Both the position numbers and the translations under genes were made by a program. From the human T2T-CHM13v2.0 reference genome, Homo sapiens: 64,000 nucleotides of DNA. Where the stretch lies: the NCBI RefSeq assembly GCF_009914755.1, contig NC_060947.1; one strand, given 5' to 3'. A model generated the notes under the pieces. It searched no databases. It had not been told where the DNA came from and worked only from the letters and a program-made list of their open reading frames with translations. How positions within the stretch are numbered: position 1 is the stretch's first letter; each line of letters starts with the position of its first letter. Below, one piece after another: positions 27,485-43,388 of this stretch.

Positions 27485-27714
27485 TATCGTACCTTATGAT
27501 TGGTGGGAGGAGGGATAAATTGTGTTGTAACTAAAAAATGGACTACTATACAGGAATGAAAGTTGACTGGCTTAAAACATGGATATATATATATATCTAT
27601 ATATATATAACGTACTGTTGAGGAAAATATCTCATTGCAGAAAGATACATGAAATATAATACCATTTATATATAGATAGGTAAATATATACAAAGCTATT
27701 TGTTGTTAAGGGGG

Positions 27715-27718
<4 letters not shown>

Positions 27719-27760
<42 letters not shown>
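27719..27760. repeat. (TG)n microsatellite
   Basis: Direct observation. Confidence 0.97.
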
Positions 27761-27763
<3 letters not shown>

Positions 27764-27768
27764 TCAAG

Positions 27769-27935
27769 CTTTCTCTAAAGACAGAGAAGACCCCTCTGAT
27801 GGTTACCTTGGCAGTCCAGATGTGTGAGAGAGTTCAAATACCCTCCAAGAGCCATCCACTTAATGATGAGAGTCAGGGTGTAAATATCCCAGCTCCTTTG
27901 CCTCTGGGAGAATATTTAGTGACAGAGATTCTGTG
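27769..27935 (+). repeat. Dispersed copy of 30270-30439 (LTR-derived)
   Basis: Manual alignment gives about 137/167 identical plus one 3-bp gap. Confidence 0.9.
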
Positions 27936-27957
27936 ATATATATATATATATATATAT
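27936..27957. repeat. (AT)n microsatellite
   Basis: Direct observation. Confidence 0.95.
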
Positions 27958-28133
27958 CTTGCATTTCAATTTCAGTCTGGTTCCAGAGAGCATCTGGAGA
28001 GGAAGGAGGGGAAAGTGATGAAGGTAGAATACAAGGAAGGGGCTTTAAGTATCTTTGTAATTTGTTTTTTTCTAAGGCTGCATGCTACATGGGCCATACA
28101 CAAGTATTCACCAGGTTATTCTTTATACCTTTT

Positions 28134-28746
28134 TGCATTAGTTGTCTATCACTGCATAACCAATCACCCCAGAGCTTATCAGCTTAAAACAACACATATT
28201 TACGATCTCACAGTCTCTGTGGGCCAGGAGTTTGGGCACAGTCTAACTGGGTCCTCTGCTCCGGCTCTCACCGGCAGCATTAAGGTGTCAGCTGGGACTG
28301 TAGCATCTCAAGGCTCAACTGGGGTGGATTTGCTTGCAAGCTTGCTCATATAGCTGTTGGCAGGCCTCAGAAGGTCCACTTCGAAGTTTACACACATGGT
28401 TGTTGGCAGGATTTGGATTCTCATGGGCCATTGGACCAAGGCCTCAGTTCTTCACTGGGTGTTGCCCAAAGGCCTCCCTTAGTTTGTTGCAATGTGTCCC
28501 ACCTCATAGGGCAACTCACAACCTGGCAGCCAGATTTATCAGGGTGAGGGTTTTGAGAGAGAGAGAATAGTCACAATATTTTATAACCTACTTACAAAAG
28601 TGACATCCCATCACTTTTGCTGTATTTTGTTCATTGGAAGTCAGTCACTAGGTACAGCCGACACTCAAGTGGAGGGATTTACACAACAACATGAATACCA
28701 GGAAGCAGGGATCATTGGGGGAGCCCTTAGAGGCTTGCCTAGTACA
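28134..28746 (-). mobile_element. MaLR solo LTR (MLT1F/G-like)
   Basis: cagcttaaaacaacacatatttacgatctcacagtctctgtgggccaggagtttgggcac...gtgacatcccatcacttttgc...gcctagtaca. Confidence 0.85.
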
Positions 28747-29094
28747 ATATGTCTGAAATATCTTACAATAAATTTTTAAGAGAAAAAACATATTTAAAGG
28801 TGAATTAGAACTGATTCCTGGCGTTACAAACTCCTTAATCCTCAGTGGCAGCAGCCACATTTCTGGCTGCTACTAAATCTTTCCTGTGCCTCCTGCCCCC
28901 ATCTCATTCTCCACAATGTACATCATAATCAATGACAAAATTAATTAAGGATATTTTCTCATTACTAGATTTAGAGAGATGTCAGTATCATATCAAAAGT
29001 GCTTTTATTTCTTCAACTATACCTTTGTGGAGTCAATGGTAACAGTACCTTTCAGAAGTCTGTTTTCCAAGAGTGCCCGTTGGCTAGAGTCGTA

Positions 29095-29340
29095 AAGAAG
29101 GCATTGTGGAACAGTAAGACGTACATGGGCTTCGTAGCCACAGAGCTAAGTTCTGACCCCTGCTCCACCTGTTACCAGCTGTGTGATTTGCTGACAGATA
29201 CTTACAGTCTTAAAAAGCTAGTCTTCTGATCTGTCAAATGAGAGGAATGGTACCTATCTCAAAGCTTCCTGGAGGATTAAATATACAAGAAAACATGTGC
29301 TAGTCCTAGGGCAGTGATCAGCACAAAGTAGGCACCTGAC
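29095..29340 (+). mobile_element. MIR
   Basis: ttaccagctgtgtgatttg...atctgtcaaatgag...gaggattaaat...agcacaaagtaggcac. Confidence 0.6.
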
Positions 29341-30165
29341 AAGGTGAGGAAAGTTTCCTCCAGGTCTCTTACCTTCCAAAATGCTATGTACCCCTTCATG
29401 AGCAGGCTGTGCAAATTGTTTTGAAGGGTGACAGTTTTGGGATGCCATGAAAAGAATGGATCTTCATAATTTCTCATTTGACCCCAAGATTAATTTCCTA
29501 TTATAAACTTAAAGTTTCATGCATTCATTGATTCATTTTTACATTCATATACACATTCATTCAACAAATAGAATTTCTTAAAGAAAGTAAAGACCAATCT
29601 TCTTCAAAACTCTAATGCCTTTTTATCTCCCAGGGGTGGATAGGATAATCCAAGTTATATATAAGCAGTTTCTCATGTCCAGGGTAGCAAAAGCATCAGA
29701 TGTGGTGCAAATCTACCTGTTTTCTATGTGGCTCCCTGAGAGGGCTGTTCCATCAAGGGAAGATGCTCCAATGTATGCTAGCCTTTGAGATTTTGGCTTA
29801 GTAGAGGAGAGGAGCTAGTGCCTAGAAGGAAATACAACACCATGAGATAGAGGTCCATGTAAACATGTTCTTTGTGGAGGCCTGCCTGCCACTAGGATAC
29901 ACACCATCCCCACTGGTTGATTTACTGCTACATACTGGCCTTTGCATCCAAGAAAGATTGTAGTACTTGACTTCAGAGATCTTTAAGCAGAGGCTTGATT
30001 CAAGCCTCCTGAGTCAGCTGAGATGAGGCAGGGTGCTTTTAGCTGGAACCTGGGCTAAGGCATTGGCCTCCGTGCACCCCCATTGAAGAAAAAAAGTAGA
30101 GCAAAAATCCATACTGTTTATTTATGAATTATATGCACGTGTTGCTGTATTAATAAGTTACTTAC

Positions 30166-30622
30166 TGTAACAGTTTCTAGGCCCCTGCCCATATCCCTAA
30201 CCTTTCACATTTAGAGGAAGCCTTCTTTTGATAGCCAACTGCCAGATTCTTCATCTCTTTGCCTGCAGTCTTTCTCTAAAGATGGAGAAGACCCCTCTGC
30301 TGGCTCCCTGGGCAGTCCAGACATGCAAGGGAATTCAGACACCTCCCAAGAGCCCTCATCCACTTAATAATGGGAACCAAGGTGTAAATATCCCAGCTCC
30401 CTTGCCCCAGGGAGAATACTTAATAGCGGACATTCTGTGCTTCTTTTGCAGCTTCTCCCTGTGAGACTAAGCTCCAGTTACTCGCTAACTCTCTCTTTAT
30501 TGACTTCCTTCTCTTCCCTGTTTTACTTCCCCATCGCCCTATCAGGGTTCCCTGCAGCTCTGAAGTAAACTCTTTACCCTGGAATCCTTGTATCTGAGTC
30601 TGCTAGAAAAACCCAATTTATA
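30166..30622 (+). mobile_element. ERVL solo LTR (LTR16-like)
   Basis: Starts tgtaacag; gtaaatatcccagctcccttgcccc...; ends taaactctttaccctggaatccttgtatctgagtctgct...aacccaa. Confidence 0.7.
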
Positions 30623-32160
30623 TTTAAAAAAACATAAAAACAGACCGTTTAACAGTACATAAATATACATACATATACACATAGTCTAATGTTTTTCCTT
30701 ACCCCTAGAGTGCACACTCTGCATTTTGAAGGCCGCTTGTTTAAGGAACTTAGAGGCTCCCATTTCAGTCTTGTAATCTGATATCTCGAGGTTGATATCA
30801 GAGCCAGCCCTCTCTCCTTTGGGCTGCCTGCTTCCAAGCCCTGTTTAACTTACTCAGGGTGGCTTGGCATACTTTCACGTTGATTCATGGTAGTGATTTC
30901 TGGGTCACAGGCTAGCCAACTGGAAGGAGATCTTCAGGATTGGATTTCCTGCACTCCTCTATTTGAAAGAATAATTTCTGTATCTTGGACTTCCAATGAG
31001 GAAAACAAAAACAAAAACAAAAACCTGCAAGTTCAGAGTTGGACAAAAGTTTCTCCACAGGCACTTTACCCCACTTTGGGACCTCATAGTTTCTCTCAGT
31101 TCAGCTCTCTGTGTATGGGAGACCAGGCAACAGGTACATCATTGCCACCTTGAATCATCCTGCTATTACATGATGGGCAGCCCCATGAGATCGGGATGGT
31201 ATGAATATTCTGACTTGTTGTCATCTTTAACCCCAGCACATGGTTCAGCACTATGTGGACATATAAACACACTTCAAACAGCCTTTTGCTAGAAAACAGA
31301 CTCTACTGGCCCCAGCATAAAGATTTGCAAGAACCGAATGCTCCCTTATTTTCTCTCTGCCTGGAACAAAGCCTCCTATTGTTTTTCAGGTGATCACATT
31401 CTTTAGACATTCAAGTTTAAGTTGTTCCTCAACAACTGAATTCAAAGCTAGAGGCTTACTCTGCTGGCTGTGCCTGCACAAGCAAACGGTCCCACCCAAA
31501 GGCCCTTTTCTCCAGGGCCTCCCAGTGGCCTTTAAATTATTTTGGTCTTCAACATCACAGTCTCCCAGAATGCTTATCAGAGGATAATGTCACCCCCTTT
31601 CATGCCTGCCCACCATTTCTACTCAAAAGCCACTCCTATTTCTCTACAGATAGCTCATTCTCTCAGAAACGAACCTACAGCAAATTAATGTCCAGTGAGG
31701 CCTGGCTTGTAGGGAAAGTCTTGGGTATCCCTATGCTCTTCCAGACTGGCCATCCAGGACATAAGGTCCATGAGCTTAATCTTGTTCTAAGTTCCCTCGA
31801 ATTTCCCATTGACTCTATTTTCCTTGGCTGAATAGATGTTGTTGCTCTGTAATAGTGAGAAACAGTATCTGTGGTGATGGAACAGGCAGAAATAAAAATA
31901 TTTCCCTAGCTCTTTCCTCAGTTCTAATCCCTACAAGTCTTGCCCCTTACCTTTGCCAGATCATCCACTTGGGAGGATTCAGAGGTGCTATCTCCATTCC
32001 AGCGTCTGGGAAGGAGAAGAGGATTGACACAAGTTTCAATTTTGTATTAAAAAGTCCCGTCTTGTAGGGTTTTGAAGGGAGGAGGAAGAGCCAAGAGGAG
32101 TCTACGTCTATACTCCTCAAGCCACTGGATAGAGTTACTTTGAGTTCTTCACACATGCAA

Positions 32161-32175
32161 GTGCATGCGCGCGCG

Positions 32176-32226
<51 letters not shown>
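32161..32226. repeat. Compound (GC)9-(AC)n microsatellite
   Basis: 66 bp of unbroken purine-pyrimidine alternation. Confidence 0.97.
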
Positions 32227-32713
32227 CATGCCTTCCCAAGGTACTGGCTTGGCTTGGCAGGAATGCTGGATTTGGGCTTGGAGAGCCGTCCACTGCTTGG
32301 TGCCCACTTTTAGAAAATAAAGAAGTGACCCAGGTTCATGGGTGAAGTTTTAATGAGAAATAAGTCACTGAAGCAGTCAGGGAATAAACCCCAAGAACAG
32401 AAATCATGATGCTAATCTCCCAAAATAGGGCAATAAAATGTTGAAAGGTCTTAAGGGGTTGTGAGAGGGAAGATTAGGGAACTGGGGCACGTTTGTCTAA
32501 TCTTGGAGGATGATATGAGGGATCTAAATTCATATGTTGGTCATGAATAGACTCCTACTCCACATGAACCAAGGTTTGGTGTTTCTGGCTTTCATCTTCC
32601 CTAATATTTGTTCTCACCCTTTTCCTTAGTACGTGTGTATGTGTGTGTACTGTAGAAAAACCCTATGCTACTGTTCTGAAATTGTAGATTCTATAAATGG
32701 GTTGGGAATGACC

Positions 32714-33182
32714 ATCTTAGGTTGGGTTCCTCAGAAGCAAACCCTAAAACAAGACCTCAAGTGTAAGCAGTTTATTTGAGAGGTGGTGGAAAAACTGGTA
32801 GGAAGAGAGGAGAAGGGGGTTAGGAAAGGCAATGAAGCCAAGGAAGGGTTATTAAGTGAATTGCTACTGTGAGTAACTGGAGCTGAATCCCAAGGGAGAC
32901 TCTGGGAGGCTATGCATAAAACTCAGAGTTATCCCACCTGAGGGGTGAGGCAGCTGGGATATTTATACTCCCAACTACTAAGAATCATTTGTTGAGAGAT
33001 GCTCCTGGAAGTTGCTAATTCCCCAGAATTTCAGGCCAAACCTGTGGGTATAGTGGCCTTCATCAGTTATGGGAAAAAGCCAGGCACAGAGACACAGGTA
33101 GGGGTCTTTGGAAGTCAGGTGCAGTGAACTGAGGTGAGAGGTATAAGGGAGATGGGGAGGGCACAGATGGTGGCTGCTATAA
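32714..33182 (-). mobile_element. ERVL solo LTR (LTR16-like)
   Basis: tcttaggttgggttcctcagaagcaaaccct...agtttatttgagagg...ctcagagttatcccacctgagggg...gctgggatatttatac. Confidence 0.7.
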
Positions 33183-34825
33183 TCACAAAGGGGTGGGTAT
33201 GTAGATTGTTGGGGAGGAAGACTTTCTCATAGTTATGGTCTTGATAAATATTTCTATCCTTTAATAAAATATAATGGAAGTTTTGGAATAATAAACAAAG
33301 AATCTTTAAAGAAAGAGAGTTTTACAAAAACCAGAGGATAGTGGTGTGGGATCCAAAAATTAATTATACTATACATTTGAAATCTGTTCATTTCACTGAA
33401 AACAAATGTTACCTAAATTTTAAAAGAAGCAGGTATGAGATTCCAGATTGTAACATCTTTCAATAGAATCCTAAGCTCCTGCATATTTGAGATATACTTG
33501 CCTGAATCCCTAAAATTCTGCCTGGGTTGTGGACCAATAGTTGAAGCATTTTCTCTAGAACTTCAGTCAGAAAATGTTGAAATGTGCTCTGGGTAGTGAC
33601 TCCCCAACAAGAAAGCAGGCTCCTTCAGCTGCTTCTGTGCCATGGTTTGTGCCCACGCTGCCTTTTCTAGGTTTTCCTTGTGACCATGGCTTGCATTTTC
33701 TAAGAGAAATGGCTAGGGATTTCATGTCTAGGGCCACAGGACAAACATCTGCAATGCAGAAGAAACTGACAGAGCCTGTTCTTACTAACTTAACCTGTTT
33801 GGTCAAGCTAGCTGAGTCCATCTGCCATGCCTAAATAGGGAAATGATGATGAGATGATGTCCTAGGATGGGCACTAGGTCAGGACTGACCTCAATGCCTG
33901 GCACATAGGGGGCATTCAGTTAATGTTTAATGGGCTGAGCAGATTTGCTTCAGCTCACTGACATCACCTATGACTAGCCTCACCTGAGACCAGAACAGGG
34001 TGGAGGTGGGCGAAGCACCAATAATGTGGAGGCCAACGGCCCTTCTGTTCCTTCTTGAAGGACCCAGATATGGAGCTGATGAGGTGGGCCTTCACAGCAG
34101 AGGAGCTTTCTAATGACTTTTCAATTAATTGACTTGAAGCTGGTGGGGAGAGTGCCAGAGTCTGAAAAAGATGAAAGGTATTGAAGAGGAAAAGCTTTGA
34201 TGTCACTGCAATCCCATTCAGATTTGGAAAGGTTTTTTCAGGAACTTTATATTTTAACCACAAAAGCCTCATAGGGTCGATCAGTCATGCAAGAAGATTT
34301 TTGTCATTCTCTGGGATTGGTGGGTGATGAGAGGTTGAATGGAAAGCCAGAAAGGAAGGGCTGTGTGTGGTTTCTGTGGGTGGCAAACGTATGTGATGGA
34401 GTGGGTGGACGGGTGGGGGAGGTGGAGAGGAAAGGTACACAAGGAGGGAATGGGGATATGTAGGTGTGAATTACATTTTCAGGGCAGTGCTATGCCTATT
34501 CTACAAAGTTTGGCATGGATATGTTTTTTCAACAGGTTTCGTTCTTTTAGACTCAGTGACTTCTTACTGTGTTTGTTCCTAAAGCTAATCTAATCTAGGT
34601 ATAGTAACCAATATAACCTGGCCATTTATATACATGCCCACTCCCATACAGCATATTTATGCAAAATTTAAATAGTCAGAAAACTTACAGAAGTACAATT
34701 ACCTCGCAGATCAATAATGAATACAATTTTAGAAGTAGACAGACCCGAAACAGCAATTGTGCTGTTTTCTGCTAATGGTAAGACCATGGAGGTTTGGATG
34801 TGAAACTGATCTCTCATCCACCTAG

Positions 34826-35040
34826 ACCAGGTCTTGGCCTTGGTACTCATGACATTTAGGGCCAGGTAATTCTTTGTTATTGGGACTGTCCTTTGCATTG
34901 TAGAATGTTTAACAGCATCCCTGGCCTCTACCCACTAGATGCCAGTTGCACTGTTCCCTAGTTGTGTCAACCAGAACTGTTTCCAAACATTGCCAAGTAG
35001 CTCCTGGGGGACACGATCATTGCTGATTGAGAACCACTGG
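34826..35040. mobile_element. MER20 hAT-Charlie
   Basis: taattctttgtt...gcattgtagaatgtttaacagcatccctggcctctacccactagatgccag...ttgagaaccactg. Confidence 0.9.
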
Positions 35041-35277
35041 CCTAGATAGAAGCCTGGTGGGTCCAGCACTTATTGTACTGTCCTGTGCAATTTGGGGGTT
35101 TCAAATGATGACGCTTATATGGCTTCAGAATCATGTACAAACATTGAAATGGAATGATTCTGTGTGTGGTGTGCATGCTACAATTGGCAATGTTCAAATG
35201 CCAACCAGGCTATTTGTCTTACCAGGACGCTCCATTCTCTAACAGCTCTAAATGAGGTGTTTCTTTTTCAGAATGTG

Positions 35278-35357
35278 TTAGGTTAGAGCATGTCAAATTG
35301 CCATTTTTTTGTGTATGGCCCTAACGGTCAAATACCAGCAATTTCATAGATTTAATG
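35278..35357. mobile_element. MADE2-like mariner MITE (diverged)
   Basis: ttaggttagagcatgtcaaattgcc...cggtcaaataccagcaatttcata. Confidence 0.6.
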
Positions 35358-35551
35358 GGAACACACCAACTTTAGGAGATATGTCCTGAGCACCTTCTGA
35401 AACTCCCCCAAATTGTGAATGTGGAAATGTTTGTTTAGGCTCATGACTCTGTCCTGTCACATTTCAAAGGCGAGTCCAGTGTTTCCACACGGAGCCTTGC
35501 ACCACAAACTAACTGCATTGCAAAATTCCCCTCAAGATTTCTTTCTCATCC

Positions 35552-36080
35552 TGTGGCAAATTGGGTACAGCCACATTTTTTTTTATTTATTTTTTTTTTT
35601 TGCAGCAACTCCCATTAAGAGGTGGAGCCTATTTCTCCACCTCCATTGAATCTGGGCTGACTTTGTGACTTGCTTTGAGCAACAGAATGTGGCGGAAGTG
35701 GTGGTGTTCAAGTTTCAGAACCCAGATCTTTAAGAGGCCTTGTGGCGTCCACCTTGTAGTGTCCCTCTTGGCCACTATCCTGAGACTGCCCTGCCAGGAA
35801 GCTGGTGTAGCTCACTGGAGGATGAGTGGCCATGTGGAGGACTGCCAAGGCACCCTGCTAACGGCCAGCACCACTAACCAGGCGTGTAAGTAGGGCCATC
35901 TCAGATCTTCCAGTCTGCTGACCCTCCAGCCAAATCCAGTCAAATGAGTGAGTCCAGATAAGACCAGCAGAAACACCACCAAGTGTATGCACATAATCAT
36001 GAGAAATCATAAATCATTGTTGTTTTAAGTTACTAGATTTTGGAATGGCTTGTTATGCAGCAGTAGATAACTCATAAACA
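35552..36080 (+). mobile_element. MaLR solo LTR (MLT1F/H-like)
   Basis: ctcccattaagaggtggagcctatttctcc...tgactttgtgacttgcttt...ttgttgttttaagttactagattttgg...gcagcagtagataac. Confidence 0.85.
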
Positions 36081-36584
36081 TCCAATGGCAGCTTTACAGT
36101 TTTTAACAATTTCTTAGAGTTTGACTTCAAATAGAGAGCAGTGAACCCATGCTCCCCTGGGCTGCTGGATGGTGGCTAGCATCTCACTAGCTGAATGCCT
36201 CATGCCTTCACACCAGCCTTGCAGTGGGCACCATTCAATCACATTTTTCAGGAAAACTGCTGATTTCTATATTTGGAGGCTACGAGAGAGGGCCAAAAAG
36301 TTATAAGTAAAAGCTACACTAGGCCAAGTGGCTGCTTTACTTAATGACCACCTGCACAGCATTCATATGTAGTAGACACCTCATATGTTCTGCCCATGAA
36401 TATACGCCACATACAAATGTCACACATATACACCCATTGCCTACTGAGTTTAACCATGATCCATATCTTAGGCATGGTTATGTGACTGAAAATATCTTAA
36501 GCCTACATTTCCTACAATTATAGTTTGGAAGGGGATATTTCAAACCAAGAATTTCTTCACAAATGGTGAGCCGTAATTGACTTT

Positions 36585-36888
36585 CTGTCTTTTTTTTTTT
36601 TTTTTACAGGGTCTTGCTCTGTTGCCCAGGCTGGAGTGCAGTGGTGTGATCACGGCTCACTGCAGCCTCGACCACTCTGGGCTGAAGCAATTCTCCCACC
36701 TCAGTCTCCTGAATAGCTGGGACTACAGGTGCGTGCCACCACACCCAGCTAATTTTTAATTTTTTTTTTGTAGAGACGGAATTTCACCATATTGCCCAGG
36801 CTGTTCTCTAACTCCTGGGCTCAAGCGATCCTCCTGTCTCGGCCTCCCAAAGAGCTGGGATTACGGGCATGAGCCACCGTATACTGCC
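36585..36888 (-). mobile_element. AluJ
   Basis: Dimeric antisense Alu with actcctgggctcaagcgatcctcc. Confidence 0.92.
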
Positions 36889-36989
36889 TGAGTTTCCATG
36901 TTAATCACTGAACATCTCTTTTGATCTTCAGCAGATGCCTTAGGAAGCCCTTTCTCTATTATGTAAGGAAAACTGTACTTAGCATTCTC

Positions 36990-37190
36990 ACTGTAGTTAG
37001 AACTCACAATTCTTTGTGATTTCTTTAATGTTGCACACACCAGCTCCCACTGGACTTTACCTACGTGAGAAGAGAAATTCTGTCTGTCTCTTTGCTCACA
37101 GCATCCCCAGCTCATAGCGCAGGGTTTGGTCCCTGTTTGTTCCTCAGTAAATTTATGGACCAATGAACGAATGAGTAAATGAATGAATTA
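36990..37190 (+). mobile_element. L2 3' end relic
   Basis: cccactggac...ctcacagcatccccag...ctcagtaaatt...gaatgagtaaatgaatgaat. Confidence 0.55.
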
Positions 37191-38275
37191 TGGAAGCTGA
37201 GAGCCAAGAGAGACCTTAGAATTCATTGTCTTCCATCTCCTGCTCTGCTTTGTAAGATAAGACACTGAGATTCAGAGAGGATTAGCATTTGTTTGTTTGT
37301 TTGTTTTTTTATTCCAGGATTTTTTTCCTTTCAAAAGCCACTTGACACACTTGCTTATCTGATCCGTTACAGCTTGTGATTATGGAAGAGGAAACTGAGA
37401 ATTCCTTCTTGGACTCAATGGGATGTACTGTGAACATCCCTGACATTGGGCTAGCCTCGTGCCATTCAGGGCAGGCTTCTGTCCACCCCATTTAACCTTG
37501 TGACTCATTGAGGGGCTGTCAGACCCACCCGGGCACTGAGCAGGCACCAGATATACCTCTCAGAGTTACATTATAATCACTATTCATCTGCCTGTCAAGC
37601 TGAGCCCTTTTCTGTGCTCCAGAATGTGAAAGCAAAATGGCCTTTTCCGTTATGAAGCTAATAATAGTTCTCATCTTGATTCTACTTAACACTGAACTGG
37701 AGATTTGGCCTCTAGGGTGAAGCTCATAGTTAATTCATTTATTTTAAAAATAATTACAGAAACCGTAAAAGATACATCCCAATTGGGCCCATGAGTGGTC
37801 TGATTCTCAGTGTTTCTCAGTAACCAGTTGTGTGCTGGGTGCTTGAAGAAATACGAATGTGGCAACTGCGTTTGAAGCCTTAGGCAGAAGGTGAAGCCGG
37901 AATGGAATTCCTCTGCAGTCACTCTGGTTAGGAGCAGCGATGTCCAGCCTCCTGGCACCCACTCACATCATTCTCTGTGATGACCTAAATGAGAAAGACA
38001 GTTGGCTTCCTTCCCCCTCAGCTCAGTCCCCCATGCAGACAAACAGGCTGCATCCCTGGCAGACTGCACCGGGGTTATGCGCTGTCTCATCCATTCGAGA
38101 ATGATCTATAGCTTCAAAGGAAAAAATTAACAAACAAGCAAAGTCGACCCCTGTCTAGGAGGAAATGGATGGGTTTTGGGGCTTCCACCTCCCCTCCACG
38201 TATTGCCTATGCCCCTGAGCCCCAGGGAAAGAACAGCTAGTGAAGAAAAGAAGCTGTTTCTAGTTGTTTGTGGAG

Positions 38276-38472
38276 CAGGGAGAAGAAGAGAGAGGGGGAG
38301 GAAGAGAGAGAAAAGAAAAAGAGAGGAGGGAGAAGGAGAAGAAGAGAGAGAAAGAGAGAAGGAGAGAGGGAAACAGGCAAGAAAGAGGAAGAGAAAAAAT
38401 ATCTAGACAGAGGGGAGGAGGGAGGAAGAAGGGAGAAAGGGAAAAAGAAAGAGGGAGAGAAAAGATAGGGAC
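38276..38472. repeat. GA-rich polypurine low-complexity tract
   Basis: ~200 bp almost entirely G/A on the + strand. Confidence 0.95.
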
Positions 38473-39059
38473 TAGTTTAAAAGAGGGCAGAGGAGTGATT
38501 CAAGTAGTGATTTCAAAACGTGAATAAAGCTATTTAAAGTATCTTTTCCCTCCCCAATTTCACTTTGTCCTTCCAGATATAGTTGTAAGTAGCCCCTCCC
38601 CCACCACCCAGTCCTCTTGTCTAATTCTGAAATATATTGGAGACTTGGCAGCACAGGCCTCAGGCAATTCATCCTCAGAACCAGTAAATAAATTCAACCT
38701 TTCCATGGTATCTGGCTACAAACGTCAAAGAGAACAGTTCCCACCCTCCTGGCCTCTTGGTCAGCTAGCATGAAAGCCATGGACTTGTTGCTGGGCACAT
38801 CAGAAACAGCTGTCCATGTCTCAGCCTTTCCAATTCCAGAGTGCCATCCAGGTGAGCTGTCCCATGTAGAAGGCAGCCCCAGAGAGGGCCTTCCCCTCCA
38901 CGTGTGCTGGATGTGATGTTCATGCTAGCGCAATGAAGAACCCATATGGTTTGCCATATGTAAGATCACTATTCAGGGTAAAAACTAAGTGAGATAATCT
39001 ATATCAAGCATATGGCACATAGTAAATGATCAGAAAATAGTAGTTACTATAATCTGATG

Positions 39060-39110
39060 GCATAATAATAGCCAATAAGTTTTTTTCTCTTTAGCAGTAT
39101 GTGCTGGGAA
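39060..39110 (-). mobile_element. MIR, left half of the L1 target (continues at 45467-45530)
   Basis: aataatagccaat...tatgtgctgggaactattctaag; resumes after the L1 as caatcctatgatgtagg...tagatggggaaactgaggcacaga. Confidence 0.65.
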
Positions 39111-39126
39111 CTATTCTAAGTAAATC

Positions 39127-39252
39127 TTTTTTTTTTTTTTGTATTAATGAAACGAAAGTTTATTTCTTGCTCATACAAAAGTCTATTTCAGTCCAGACAA
39201 CTCCACAGGGAAATTGTCCTTCATGTAATAGATCAGTATTCCAGGTTACTTA

Positions 39253-39253
<1 letters not shown>
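39127..39253 (-). other. L1 3'-transduced segment with its own AATAAA and A14 tail
   Basis: Non-L1 sequence 39141-39253 between the L1 (AAT)n tail and T14 (39127-39140); tttatt at 39159-39164; inside the TSD pair. Confidence 0.8.
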
Positions 39254-39290
<37 letters not shown>

Positions 39291-39488
39291 GCTTTAAGTT
39301 CTGTGTTACATGTGCAGAACATGCAGTTTTGTTACATAGGTATACAGGTGCCATGGTGGTTTGCTGCACCCATCAACCCATCACCTACATTAGGTATTTC
39401 TCCTGATGTTATCGCTCCCCTAGCCCCCCACCCCACAGAGGCCCCAGTGTGTGATGTTCCCCTCCCTGTGACCATGTGTTCTCATAGT

Positions 39489-43325
<3,837 letters not shown>

Positions 43326-43388
43326 TATGATGCTAGCTGGTTATTTCACCCATTAGTTGATGCAGTTTCTTCATAGCGTCAATGGTCT

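Larger units (their letters stand above)
27510..28135 (+). mobile_element. Old L1M(E) 3' relic interrupted by microsatellites and an LTR-derived piece
   Basis: aatggactactatacaggaatgaaa...tataataccatttatata...ggggctttaagtatctttgtaatttg. Confidence 0.5.

Noticed and set aside
29990-30008. 9-bp palindrome gaggcttga-t-tcaagcctc (and the 8-bp stem at 46713-46731)
   Set aside because: Stems this short are expected by chance in 64 kb and have no supporting context.
33876-33891. AGGTCA-ggac-TGACCT as an oestrogen response element
   Set aside because: Half-sites are perfect but the spacer is 4 bp, not the canonical 3; no other support.
38176-38527. E/R/K-rich ORFs
   Set aside because: Translations of a GA low-complexity tract.
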